A stretch of 64,000 nucleotides of DNA from NCBI RefSeq assembly GCF_018977255.1, contig NW_024704757.1, forward strand, positions 16,058,001 through 16,122,000, written 5' to 3'. Each line of letters begins with the position of its first letter. Position 1 is the first letter of the stretch. Position numbers and translations under genes: made by a program. This DNA comes from Callorhinchus milii (lineage: Eukaryota). This document shows positions 25,301-39,000 of the stretch, piece by piece. The notes beneath the pieces were generated by a model. It saw only the letters and a list, made by a program, of their open reading frames with translations. It searched no databases and was not told the DNA's origin.

Positions 25301-28300
25301 ATAAAGCAGTTACAGTAACCTCGCTGATCTTACCCCATAAGCTAGTAGTAGCTGCAGAACCATGTACATCGTGGGCAGTTTGGTGTGCCACATCTGGACG
25401 AAGGCAATAGTCACAAGGATTAACATAGCTGCCTTGCAATCCTGTGAACAGCAGTACAACTCCATGTTATTGTTCACTCAGCCTCTGACACAACTTACAC
25501 TCTGGCGAATTACACAGTTAACATCCAGCAACATTCATTTGTACAATCATTCACTTTTGAAAAACACAGGAACTGAACTGAACCAAACAGCAGAGACACC
25601 TGTGCAAAGGACCCTCATTTTACCCACAAAATGAAAGCATCCGTAATTATAATATAATAATCCTTGATTTGATCTAGCGCCTTATCATGCCTGAAAGCTC
25701 TTCACAGAAATTGTGGGCGATATGCAAAATTATCTTCTGCCTTAGGGCATTCATTCACCAAGTTTACAGTACATTCTGTGAAGCGCTTTGGGACGTCTAG
25801 AAGACGTGAAAAGCGCTATATCAAATGCAAGGATTATTATTAAGTTTAATAAAGCCAAGAATTTACATTTGGATTAATTAGCAGGTAGTTTATCTTTTTT
25901 TTAAATAAATTTGACATCAATGCTATGGTCACTGGGCCAACTGTGCCTCTGTGCTCAGTGCAAACTGCTTGTAGTCCTTGTTCCCTTTTAACCCATTACT
26001 CTAAGACCCACACATCAACGGAACATTGTGAATTCTTCCCCCTCCCTCTGTGTCAGACTCCGCCATTGTCATGCGCTCTGGGGTGAAGTGGGCTGTATAA
26101 ATGCATTGTTGTTTTGGAGACGCAGTGTCCTTATTAGCCACGTACCACGGACAGGAAGACTTTGGGCAAACCGACTATTCCTTTCTTCAGATCCTCCAGG
26201 ATGATGGCAGCCAGGCCCGCTGTGCTCTGATGACAAAAGTACAATGGTTTTATACTAATCCAGGAAGCGGGCAAGGATTTCTAGCTCATGCTCTAAAACC
26301 ACAGCTCTCCTGACAGACTCTATAACTTTTGAAGGACATCGCCTGCTGGGACACTGCTAGGAGTGTCAGGAGGCCGTTGTGACTGAGTAATGCGTGCAGG
26401 AAGCCAGCCAGACCTGCTGAAGCTGCACGTGTACAGTCCACGCTACACTGAGCATCAAGGAGTTTGTCTTTAATATTCTTATGACTTACAATCAACAGAA
26501 CTGTTTTCAGCAAAAATTAAGACTTTTTTGTTTACAAATTTATACACTTAAAACTTTCTGGCTTTCTATCTCTATCCTGGCTGCTTTCTCTCGGAGAAAC
26601 GGGATCAGAAGTGTCCGGATCAAACAGTTGAACTGTAGTCTGGAACAAAATCAATCTGCAGTGGTGCTTTTGGGAACTGTTTAATGGATTACCTTTAGCC
26701 ACACTGAATGAAAGAAAGGGAGTTAAACTGAGCTCTCGCTTAAAATCGCACAGTACAATCCAAAGGTTTAGGTATCAAACTCACTTCCACAAACTCGGCG
26801 GATGGAGCTTGGATCACCTCACTAAGTAACTTGCCATTTTTCCCCAATGTGAAAGAGTTGCATTGAATCTCAATCAGTTTGCTCCAGCACTGAACCTGAA
26901 CAGGACAAAATAAAACACACAGCACAATAATAATCAGGTACCGTTAAACCTCGGTTTGAACCACTGGGGCCCCAGGCTCCAGGGCTGGGGATTAACCCTC
27001 TGAGAAACCTACAAATAGTTCTGTGCCATCAGACTGAGACACGAGGAGCAGTTGAAATGATAACTATTTTCCTCAAATTTAGTTTTCCTGCCACTCCTCC
27101 CACCATTACCTAATCCGAGAGGATAGATGTGTTCTGCAAATGTTTGCCTATAAACAACTGTTTGGTCTACAAAAGCAGCATTAAAGAAGCCAAGAGGATA
27201 ATAATAATAATGCTTGCATTTCATATAGCGCCTTATCAAGCTGTTGAGACGTCTAAAAACGCTTCACAGAATATATTATAACAGGGATTGACTGTATTTT
27301 GTCCCAAAAGTGTTTTTGTATTGAGTGACCATTTATTTATTATTATTATTATTTTTGAACAACCGGGTTCCTACTTACTGATTGGTAAACGCAGTGTGTA
27401 TTGTGTGAAGTAAGGAAAGTTGTCCAAGTTTTCGCCCTTCCTGGGAATGGAACCCGGGTCCTCTCGTTTGCGAGGTGAGCACACTAATCACTACGTTACG
27501 GGACTGTACACCACTCATGTAAATGTAGACACATGACGCGTTGTTGAAACAGTCGGGTTCAAATCTCCAGAATTCAACTTGAAACCTTATCCTGACTACT
27601 TATCGTACTTGACTGAGGTCCTAAAGAAGCATTTGGTGCCAATGGAAGCATTTCTCAATATAAATAAACAATAACCTTCACACTGAACATCAATCAGAAA
27701 GGGAAATTAGGTGAAAATTAAAATACTTACATCTTTATAAAGTGCTTTATTTACAAACAGAATCCGGAGCAAACTTCTCATCATTACGTGGATTTTTACT
27801 GAAGAATCACCTGGAAATAGACAATGATCGACGCAAGATTTAAACCCTCTATAATCAGGCAAAATGACTTTCCTTGGTAAATCGACTAATAACTGGGTTC
27901 CTACTTACTGCTGGGTAAACGGGGGCATGTGGATTAAGGAAACTTGCCCAAGGTTTCGCCCCGCATAGGAATCGAGTGCTCTAACCAATACACACATGAG
28001 CAGGATTGATATGCCCTATTTACCACCAGAGATGCAAGCTAAAAGGACCATTAGCATCGAGGCTTTCTACAAAAACTCTCAAAGCCTTGCTTCCTTCCCC
28101 AACTTCAGGTCACGCCTGAAGACCTTCCTCACCGCCCATGCCTAATCAGCTCCCCTGTCCCCGGCTCGACAACATGTTCCGCCACTGTCAAACACTCTGG
28201 AACGCTACCATGTGTGAAGGGCACCATATAAACAAAGTTGTTGTTGTTGAAGCGATTCACTGAAGTCAAAACATGTGATTTTTAAAACTAGATAGGTTCT

Positions 28301-31300
28301 CGATAGTGAGTGCCATTATTTGTACCCATGGGACAACCATAATACAACCAGGATGCACACATGACATGATTCAATTTAAAAATGCAAAGCTTTAAGGCTT
28401 ATAGCAACAATAAAGGCCAATTACATTTCCTTGATCTACACAAAGTAATGCTCCTGTGGAAAGAGGCAATTTCCCAAGAATTTGGGACTTGTCACATCTG
28501 GTAACAGTTAATTAAAAGCTTTTAATTAAACACATCTTCCTCTTCTGGGTCAGTGCAGCTATGATCGAAATTCCCATGTCAGCTGGTAAGTGGAGCAAAA
28601 CCTGAGATCAACCGTCACTCACAGTGCAGCAGAACAAACTGTACCAGAGTCACAGTCTATTTTCTTACATTTCTTTCCACTCGGCCAACCACTCGATTGG
28701 AAATCTTCCACAAATTGAAATGGAATTTTTCTTTGTAGAATCATAGAATCTCACAGCACAGGAGGAGGCCATTCGGCCCATCATGCCGTGCCTGCTCTTT
28801 AAAAAAGAGCTACCGACTATTCCCCACTCCCCCGCTCTTACCCCGTAGCTCTGCACATTTTTCCTTTTTAAAGTACATATCCAATACCCTATTGAAACCG
28901 ATTACTGAATCTGATTAACATGGCCAATGAACAGCACAGCATATTGTAAGTAAAAATAGAGCACAGAATTAATTGATAGATAATGCAGAATGTGTCAAAG
29001 GGTGAAGCATGAGAAGAAGACTTGGGGGTGGATTGTGGACTCATTATGTCCAAACAATGTGAGGCAGGCAGCAACAAACAAAGCAAACAGTATATCAGGA
29101 TTGATTGCCATATCAATAGAGTTCAAATCCCCAGAAACCACGCAGAAGGCATACGATGTTCTAAAGGTTCTGCGTAGTTCTGGTTGCTGTAACATAAAGG
29201 GCCAAACAGGCCCCAGAGGCTGTGTAGGAGCGAAACAAGGCAAATTCCCAGTGTTAGGCCAGACTCTGAGAAAAGACTGGTTATGTAAGGCTCCATCTCA
29301 AAAAAGCGGGGAACTTACAGAGGACTGCAAGTTACTAAATGGGATAGAGAACATGGACCAAGGTAGTTTCAGGTAGGCAAAAGTGCTTACAATAGACACA
29401 AGGAAATATTTCTTTAGACAGAAGGTTATGTCAAGCTGAAATGGGTTACCGGGGCAGTGGATCCAGTTGAAACAAAAACAGAAAGGTGTAAAAAGAGACC
29501 TAACAACGAGAAAAGGGGTTAAAGGCTGAAACGAATCTTAAGAGTATTTTACTTTTGTTTCTCAAATTCATTCGTTGATAAAAAAAATTGCCGGCTGACC
29601 TTTGACACAAACCCAATTTCCTTCCTCTGAAAGGTCACTGCCAGGAGGTACGGTTTCCGTTTTCAGAATCTTTAAGTAGATCGAGTACTGGATGGGAGAC
29701 AGACGGCAGGCAGTGCAGCACGAGAGGCTGGAATTAACATGGAAAGCCTGCAGAGCGTGGTGAAAATCTCCATATTTGCAAATGTAGAACGGAACTTTGT
29801 CTTGCAGTGCCTGCAACCTGCTCGAAAGGAAACAGAATTACACCACAGGCCAAGGTGCAGGGAGTAAAATGAAAACTAAGGCAGTAGCAATCACAACACA
29901 ATTTATAATAATAATAATCCTTGCATTTGATAAGAGCGCCTTATCACATCGTTGAGACATCTAAAACCGCTTCACAGGATACACTGTAAAGTGCATTGCC
30001 TGTGTATTTTGTGGGCAATAAAATGAATGTTTTTCACAAGTTCACAAAATTGATTTTCTGAAAGGCATATATAATCGAATGCAAGGATTATTATCATTGC
30101 TATTAAAGATCGAATCAGAAAACATGCGCCCTGCAACACACCGCACTCACTTTAGTGTATCGCTGCATTTTACCACTCGAAGGTATCGCACCAACTCCCT
30201 GTACCTGGAACAGAAACAGTTAAACTGTTAGCACATCAGTTAATGTCAACCGAATGAAGCGCTTTGAAACGTCTCAAAGACGTGATAAGTCACTATATCA
30301 AATACAAGGATTATTATTAATTACCACAAACCTCAGTGACATTTGAATGGCGCAGTCAGTATTTCCACGATAGTAATGAAGTGCTTAAACAGGAGATGAG
30401 CATTGCGGAGATGGCCGGTACATCAACTGGGCAATTACACTTGAGATGTTACAAAAAATTGCCTATTATCATGTGGAGATTGCTGCTGTGCTTGAAAGTT
30501 ATCTCCATCTCCACAAGACACAAACACACTGGAGTCATGTTCGAGCTCTACATCGTTAAGAGTTGCCGATGAAATGTTAAACTGAGGTCCTGTCTGTTCA
30601 GGTGGACGTTTAAGATTCCCTGTGGCACTGTTCGAAAAGAGACTGGAGTTTCTCTCTCCCCTTGCCCTTGCCAACAATCCCCCAGATTAAATCGGCCTTT
30701 TACTTCATGGCTGTTTGCGGATGTTGTTGTGTGCAAACTGGCTGCTGCCTCCGGGTTCATCTACAAGTCACTTCATTTGAGAGCAAATCCTATGAAGCGC
30801 ACTGAGACATCCTCCAACATAAAAGGGACTGTATCAAAGACAAGGATTATTTATTTATGACTTCCAGTATAACGTGGGCCCAGAGTAAACTCACACTCTG
30901 AACAAAGCCGTGTTCAACCGGAGTGCGTTCTCGGGAGGCTGCACGGTATTCAGGGCAAGATCCGTTCTACAACATCTCCCTGAATGGCAATGGAGTGGGA
31001 AAGCTTCATGCAACATGGCAGTTTAATGAGGCATTTACATTTGGGTTGACATTTACTCCAGCAGTTAAACTCTGACTATTTATAACAGAGGCTGGCTCTT
31101 GGAAGCTCATAAAACATTTAAACATTTCACTTTAACCATTACTAGAAAAAAATACAATTCTTGATTTGCTCGAGTCAACATCGTGGCCAATTTCATCCAT
31201 TACATCTCAAACAACTGCAGACAGGGCATTTTTTTACTTGCAGCACTCAGCAGTGTTCTGAAGAGCTAGGAAACATTAATGAAGGCAGCTCACTTCACTG

Positions 31301-34300
31301 CGATGGGATACAGCAAATGTAGATGACAAGCTTGGCAATTTGCCAGGCCAGAAAAAAACGTGGAATGGTTTTACTGTGGCAAGAGGCACTTCTCACTTAG
31401 AAAGGCTAGTGCTCAAACAGCAAAACATTTAAAATGAAGCCTTCTGAATCAGTTACCGTGAAGGAATGGCATAACACAGCAACTGTAACTGCAGTGTTGT
31501 GGAAATGATATCATCCACTTAGAGAGGATGCTGCAAAAACGTAATTTGACATTTTCCTTTATACAAAAGTATTGAAAAGACAATAAATCAGAAGCTGTGG
31601 TTGAAACAAATACCATTCAATGTGTTCAAGAGAAAACTTGCTGCGTAAATGAGAGAAGGGACTGGGGTAGGGGGGGGTGTAAAGAGGGGAATATTATTTA
31701 ATTATTTATTTCAACATGTGGCTGGTAAACTCAATCCACAGTAACAAATTTACATTTATACACAGTAGCGCCTTTCACGTCGGGAGGACGGACGCCTCAA
31801 AGCACTTCGCAGGATTTTACTGTAAGGTGCAGTGTGTATCGTAGCCAATGTACACCGACCGAGAAAGCTATAGTTTTGAAGAGGATTCAAACGTCGTCAT
31901 AAAACATTTTGCTGTTATACCACCATTGTGTGTGGGACACTGCTGTGCGCAATTGGCTGCTGCGTTTCGCCCACAAAATATACCGTAAATACACTTCACA
32001 GTATATCCTGTGAAGCACTTTGAGACGTTTTGTCGACCTGATAAGGCGCTATGTCAAATGTGAGGATTATTATTATTTATTAACGTTGTGTATAATCAGC
32101 TTACTCTTCTCTGGCCTCCATTCTTTCCACCCGCGCCTGGATCACGACAATCTCTTCCCATAGCACTTCCTTCCTGCCTTTCTTCTGCCGCTGCCCAGTG
32201 ATGTTCTGTCCTCTCAGGATGGAGGTGAGGAAAGGGTCATCCCAGGACAGCACGTTGAGACTGCGAGCAAACAAACAAACACACTAACTAACTCGATCAT
32301 TTTCATGGAGGGTCGTTGACAAAGCTGTACTTCAAAGCTAAGACCGAATACATCAAATTCTGGATGTTTTGAAATGCTCCATAAATAAGACAAGCTCTCA
32401 CCTGTTTGTGAAGGCAAAGCAAAAAGAAGGAAATGGCAGAGTTTGATAGAACCTTTTCAACTTATCAAACAGACAGGGAGGAAAGTCGCTCAGTACCAGC
32501 ATTTTCTGTAAAGAGTTGGCAATTCTGTAATAAAAACAAGGACGCAGTGATTGCGAACTTTATCAGCTGTGACAAACTGCAAATATGACAGGTTACAACT
32601 CGACACCCAGTCCCATTCCGATATTTCCAATCTTTACGACGTTGCATCTCAGATCAATGCTGGATATGAAAGACTTGAGACATATGTCACCTTTTTCTCC
32701 CGTCCTGTGGGTCCATATAAAGTACTTCTGCTTTGTGCCCCTGTGATTAATGTTTTATGGTCTGTGCTCCAATGCACACGCTTTCAGATTTGAATGCCAG
32801 TAACAGGCAAGGCATTCACATCAACTGTATCATATTAATAAACTTTTGAAATTTTCACCTTGACGCTGCAACAGCAAATGTAAATGGGGGGGTGGTTGGG
32901 GGGTGATGGCATAACCTTAAGCCTTGAGGAGAGGGAAGGGGAAGGAGGATGGAATCCAGGATGCAGTTCCAGAGAGTGGGGGTAGAATGGCTGAAACTTT
33001 ACTCACTGATGGTGCGGTGAATCAGCCGGGGAAACAAACCAACAGAATGTTTCTGTAAGTAAAAGGCTGACAGGCACAGACAGTGGAGCNAAAAAAAAAA
33101 CTACAAAGGGGTTCAGGTAGGAGCTAAACAAGTTGCTGTCAACTAAAAGGATTCGGGGCTGTTACCTTAAGAGTACATTAAGACACATCTTGCAGGAAAG
33201 TGATTGGGAGGCTTGATGGACCCGGTAGGCCCGTAACAGTTACTATAAAAAGCTGGTGTTATATTATTAGAGATAGTGCATTCTAAAGTTCAATGTAATC
33301 CTCGCGAAGCAAGCTGACCCCGGTGTTAACACAACGGAACAGAAAAGTGGAGCATTTGAAGAGTCTGAAGTTGCAGCTTGATCAGAGCAAAATCATGACT
33401 TTCACAAGGACGTTTATGTAGAGCTTTGGAATACAAAAACTTACCTGTGCATAAAAAATGGTACAGCCAGTTTGGGAGTTGAAGACATTAGATTTAGATC
33501 TGTATTGGTAACTCTGTTAAAAGAAAAAAGAATGAATGTGGTTCAAGCAATGACAATGGTTAATGTAATTTTTTTTAAGAAATCTTTAAAAACACGAGAA
33601 AGATTTGAGTAAGATAATAGAAAATGATATATATATTAATGGCATAAATGACAAAAAGTCAAAAATGGAATTGGACAAGGAGTCAGAGTAAAGGGTATGC
33701 AAACAGGAACCATTTCATAGTCCTTTAAATACACAATTTCCTCATCTCCAAGGAGATGGAAACCAGAATAATACCGGAAATATTTTTAGAATAATAATCC
33801 TGGCATTTAACACAGTGCCTTTCACGTCAGGACGATGTGTTAATTGCTTTATAGAATTTCACTGTAATATCCAGTGACTGTGTATTATATAAGCAAAGGC
33901 AACATCCAATTTGCGCACAACAATGTCCCACAAACAGCCATGGAGTGATGAGTGATAAATCCGATTTTTATTGGGATGGGGTGGGGGGGGGGGGGGCAGG
34001 ACACTGGGAGAAACATCTGCAGATTGGCTGCCAGCGTTCTCCGTCACAGGAACAAATGTTTGCAGTAAAAAACAAAAAGGAACTAACTGTGAGAGCTGTT
34101 TGTGAAAGAGGATTTCTTTTGCCGCACCCATCATCATAACAACAGCTGCTTTGGGCTTCTCCTGGTCTGCCTGACACAGAAAATTGTCCACCAATTCAAA
34201 CACAGCCGTGTAACTGCAGGCGAAAAGGAGGGAATGTCAGCAAAATGCAGCCAAATTTTCCCACATTACATTCTTCACCACGCAATTCATCCCAGTTAAC

Positions 34301-37226
34301 AGAACATTCTGCAGATTTCCAATGAGTAGTAAATAGGTTGCAAAGGGCAAGACTCAAATGACAAAGTATTTACACTTCCTGCTTGCTAAAAACACCAGTT
34401 TTATACAGTAACAACCGTTAAAATAATAATCCTTGCATTTGACACAGCGTCTTACCACGACTTCAAGACGTCTCCAAGCACTTCACAGGAAATACTGCTA
34501 AGTGAATTGACTGTCTATTTTGTGGGCGAAATGCGGCAGCCAATTGCGCACATCAGTGTCCCCACAAACTGTCGTGGATTGAGTGACCAAATTATTATTA
34601 TGATTATTATTATTGATTTTTTAAGACAGTGACAGAAAACCCAACCCGGAGTTGATTCCTTTCCCTCTCTAATTTCAGACTCAAACTGGTCAAGTCACAT
34701 ACCTGTATAACCGGATATCAAAATGATTTATCAAACACTTTTCACAGAACACGTTGAATACGTTGTGGCAGGAGCATGTGCAGGGAATTGTATGGTTGGG
34801 AACACTCATTCCCATCAAATATTTATTGTATTCCACGGCAAGAACCAAGGAAAACTTCTGCAGCAATTCTCCTGGAGAGCAATCAGAACACAATACATTC
34901 AAAAAGTTTTCTCCAGAACCTTCAAAAGACAAATAGAGCCCTTCACAACCTATTGCCAGCCTGTGAGTGGTTGTTTATTTCATCATCTGAGATTACAATT
35001 CAGATTGCAATTTTCTCTCCCCCTGCACGACGCTGAAAGTGCTTGGTTCTCACATCTGGTTACCCTCGAATCCTAAGTCATTATGGTTGCATTTCCCTCA
35101 AAGCTGAGGTAATAAAACCATACTAAGCACAGTTTTCAGAGGTTGCATCAAGTGAATAGGTTTTCAATATTCCAACAGCCATTGAGCCTCAATATAACCA
35201 CAGGATTGGGCAGTTCTTACCTCCACGTCGCAGCTCAGCGTCAATGTCCACCAGGTTGAAGTTGAACATCGAGAGCGTGCCCTTCAGTGCTGCATCACGA
35301 TGTGCTTTCCAGTACTTGCTCTTGTTGTGAGCATTGCAATGGCAGAGCGACGGGACCTTCCAAAATTCGCACTGTGTCAATAGGGCAAGAGATGCATTTC
35401 TTTATCAGGTAAAAGAGAGCGAATTCTGATACCATTGCGAAAAATGTGTGCATGGAGCTTTTACACAAAAAAAAGCAGCATTGGAGGAGCCAATAGTAGT
35501 TGTTAAAGTGATTTTTATGCTGAGAACAGCTTTTTGCCTTGAGATCTGTCTGAATTTCAATTGAATGCAATAGAAATCATTCATTTCTTTTTCTCTCGTA
35601 AGGGATACAGCTGACAGAATTGCACCCACCTTGGAAACAGGCTTGTCGCAGATATAACAATAGCACTGTTCACAGAAATTTAAATTATTGTCCACTGGCT
35701 CCGAGGTATCATTTTCTCTGCGCCTAAAACGTGCAAGACAATTGGAAACTTTTCAGGCAACGTATGTCCCAGAAGTGACTTCAATAGACTTACTGTTGCA
35801 TAGCATACAGGAAGTGATGTCTGTGGTAGCCATTTTGTAGTGCTCGGTCTGACTTTATGGACCCAAACCACTACGATGTGACAAGGATTGAATGCATTTG
35901 GGATGTCCTCCCGACGTGAAAGGCGCTATACAAATGTAAGGAGTAAGTGTTAAACAGCTAATGGATTAAGGTGCCACATTACTGACCCTCGTCCTCAATT
36001 TCTTACACCCACAGATTGGACCATTAGTATAACAGTAGACCCAACTTCCAAGAGAATATGTAATATAATTATTATTATAATTATAATATAATAATCCTTG
36101 CATTTGATATAGTAACTTATCATGTCATCGAGACGTCTCAAAGCGCTTCGCAGAATATACTGTAAAGTGAATTAACTGTATTTTGTGGGCAAATAATAGT
36201 CCAACTTCCAGGAAACATGGAAAGGTCGTGGACCCGAAACGTTGACTCACTTTCCTTTCTCCATAGATGCTGCCTGACCTGCTGAGTGTTCCCAGCTCTC
36301 ACTTGTTTTTCTTCCGGGAAACATTGTGTTTGATTTACACTGGGAAGGCTCCACGCCTGCATGGAGGATCCCAATCGGCCCCTAATGGTACCTACGTGAA
36401 ACTCTGTTCCATACAGTCATAGCGAGCGTGGGGCATCACATTCCCTTTCTTACTGTACGTAATTGCGAGCCCACATTCCTCATCCACCACCTCAGCGCTC
36501 TTCTCCTTAGATGTACCAGCTACTACCTCTGCAAGGAAATTAAAACATTGCCAGTGAAACAACGTCTTTCCATGTTCACCCCCACTCCTCCTGGATTTTA
36601 ACATCGCTTGTCAAGAGCATTAAAATCATAAATAAGGATGGGGTTATGGTGGGTCTGAGCAGCTTGCATATTCTGTATAAAAGATTTCTATGTTTTTATA
36701 TATATATACACAGATTAATCCTGAAGTACTAAGTCATTAGGGCAGTAAATTGCTCAGCAGTAAGTAAATGAACACTTGAAATGATGTACACGTCAGAGAT
36801 CATCACTAAATGATCACACCCCAGAGCAGGCAGTTACTCACACACCTACAAGCGACAGCCTGAAGTGTGCAATAACAGGCAGCCTGGGAGCAAAGCTGCC
36901 TCATCCCTCCCCCTCAGCATATATCGCAAAAAACACAACAAAGAGACAGACATCAAGTATTAATAATAATCCTTGAAAAGTACAATCAAAATTAGGGAGA
37001 AGAGTATCGGAAGTTTAAGTGCACGATACCGAGCTTCGTATTTTGTCCACTCAAACCCGCAAGGTTCGTTTGCAGTCTGAGAAACGTCAGTCAAGCACAT
37101 CCGACAAACAGATAACCCAGCCGTACCTGGAGGATTTTCCACTATGAGCACCGAGAATTCGCTGTCGTTTTCTAATTCAGTGTCGCTGATTACAATGACA
37201 CTCTCATCTCCCTCGTTTGGCTCCAT
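22378..37226 (-). CDS. Uncharacterised 720-aa protein (19 coding exons) with SIM-like N-terminus and RIN13-like Cys/His module; resembles the fish zgc:112980-type family as recalled
   Basis: Exons 37226-37127, 36528-36396, 35723-35630, 35371-35221, 34871-34703, 34213-34088, 33513-33445, 32524-32402, 32260-32105, 30204-30151, 29817-29600, 27810-27731, 26895-26785, 26226-26146, 25441-25334, 24828-24707, 24202-24080, 23585-23528, 22464-22378. All are GT-AG with matching phases, total 2163 nt, no internal stop. Confidence 0.88.
27198..27505 (-). mobile_element. SINE copy with internal deletion
   Basis: Head and tail match the family. Confidence 0.8.
28985..29480 (+). mobile_element. Degenerate CR1 ORF2 fragment
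   Basis: EEDLGV-like and KANS..G.I-like remnants; AGGAAATATTTCTTTAGACAGAAGGTT. Confidence 0.5.
30545..30855 (+). mobile_element. DeuSINE-like core and tail (similar copies at about 8520-8830 -, 40580-40790 +, 44300-44460 -)
   Basis: GATGAAATGTTAAACTGAGGTCCTGTCTGTTCAGGTGGACGTTTAAGATTCCC core. Confidence 0.65.
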
Positions 37227-37573
37227 TTGAGCCTCCGCTCAGAACTGTTAGCGAGGAGCAGACATTGTGAGAACAGCTTTTTTTTTAAACAACTGCCGCC
37301 CCAAACCAAAGCCGGTCTTTCTCAATTCAAATGCAGGCGGCAACGAGGACAATAATTTTACATCTGTATCGCGCCTTCCACAGGACACTTTACTCTGTCC
37401 CAACTTCAAGCGAGCGTCGACTGCAGAAAAGTATAAAGAAATGAGGACGGATAAGTCAAGAGGAAAGCAAACGCAGCCAACAATCCCCCAAATAAAACTG
37501 GTCATATATTCTACAATATATATAATAATCCGTACATTTGATATAGCGCCATATATAGAGAGGGGGGGGGGGG

Positions 37574-38847
37574 NNNNNNNNNNNNNNNNNNNNNNNNNNN
37601 NNNNNNNNNNNNNNNNNNNNNNNNNNNNNNNNNNNNNNNNNNNNNNNNNNNNNNNNNNNNNNNNNNNNNNNNNNNNNNNNNNNNNNNNNNNNNNNNNNNN
37701 NNNNNNNNNNNNNNNNNNNNNNNNNNNNNNNNNNNNNNNNNNNNNNNNNNNNNNNNNNNNNNNNNNNNNNNNNNNNNNNNNNNNNNNNNNNNNNNNNNNN
37801 NNNNNNNNNNNNNNNNNNNNNNNNNNNNNNNNNNNNNNNNNNNNNNNNNNNNNNNNNNNNNNNNNNNNNNNNNNNNNNNNNNNNNNNNNNNNNNNNNNNN
37901 NNNNNNNNNNNNNNNNNNNNNNNNNNNNNNNNNNNNNNNNNNNNNNNNNNNNNNNNNNNNNNNNNNNNNNNNNNNNNNNNNNNNNNNNNNNNNNNNNNNN
38001 NNNNNNNNNNNNNNNNNNNNNNNNNNNNNNNNNNNNNNNNNNNNNNNNNNNNNNNNNNNNNNNNNNNNNNNNNNNNNNNNNNNNNNNNNNNNNNNNNNNN
38101 NNNNNNNNNNNNNNNNNNNNNNNNNNNNNNNNNNNNNNNNNNNNNNNNNNNNNNNNNNNNNNNNNNNNNNNNNNNNNNNNNNNNNNNNNNNNNNNNNNNN
38201 NNNNNNNNNNNNNNNNNNNNNNNNNNNNNNNNNNNNNNNNNNNNNNNNNNNGTGAGGAGGGAGAGAGAGAGAGGNNNNNNNNNNNNNNNNNNNNNNNNNN
38301 NNNNNNNNNNNNNNNNNNNNNNNNNNNNNNNNNNNNNNNNNNNNNNNNNNNNNNNNNNNNNNNNNNNNNNNNNNNNNNNNNNNNNNNNNNNNNNNNNNNN
38401 NNNNNNNNNNNNNNNNNNNNNNNNNNNNNNNNNNNNNNNNNNNNNNNNNNNNNNNNNNNNNNNNNNNNNNNNNNNNNNNNNNNNNNNNNNNNNNNNNNNN
38501 NNNNNNNNNNNNNNNNNNNNNNNNNNNNNNNNNNNNNNNNNNNNNNNNNNNNNNNNNNNNNNNNNNNNNNNNNNNNNNNNNNNNNNNNNNNNNNNNNNNN
38601 NNNNNNNNNNNNNNNNNNNNNNNNNNNNNNNNNNNNNNNNNNNNNNNNNNNNNNNNNNNNNNNNNNNNNNNNNNNNNNNNNNNNNNNNNNNNNNNNNNNN
38701 NNNNNNNNNNNNNNNNNNNNNNNNNNNNNNNNNNNNNNNNNNNNNNNNNNNNNNNNNNNNNNNNNNNNNNNNNNNNNNNNNNNNNNNNNNNNNNNNNNNN
38801 NNNNNNNNNNNNNNNNNNNNNNNNNNNNNNNNNNNNNNNNNNNNNNN
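37574..38847. other. Assembly gap in the 5' intron of the 720-aa gene
   Basis: N run flanked by G/GA-rich sequence. Confidence 0.99.
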
Positions 38848-38879
38848 AGGAGAGAAGGAGAGGGAAAGAGAGAGATTCT

Positions 38880-38990
38880 CCTTTACTTTCTCCGGTCGCC
38901 AACTTCACATTTGCCGCTCAGCCGTCAGCACTTCCGGGTCACACCCTCAGCCCCGCCCCCGACAACCACTTCCGGGTCAACGATCTCTCC
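38880..38990 (-). promoter_or_regulatory. CpG-rich promoter and non-coding exon 1 of the 720-aa gene
   Basis: Two CACTTCCGGG ETS/GABP sites (38929, 38967), GC box 38951-38960, minus-strand GTAAAG donor at 38886. Confidence 0.55.
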
Positions 38991-39000
38991 CCAAAATCAC

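Noticed and set aside
33160-33340. Possible extra exon with a GTAAC donor near 33165
   Set aside because: Flanking exons already join in frame and I found no convincing acceptor or open frame.
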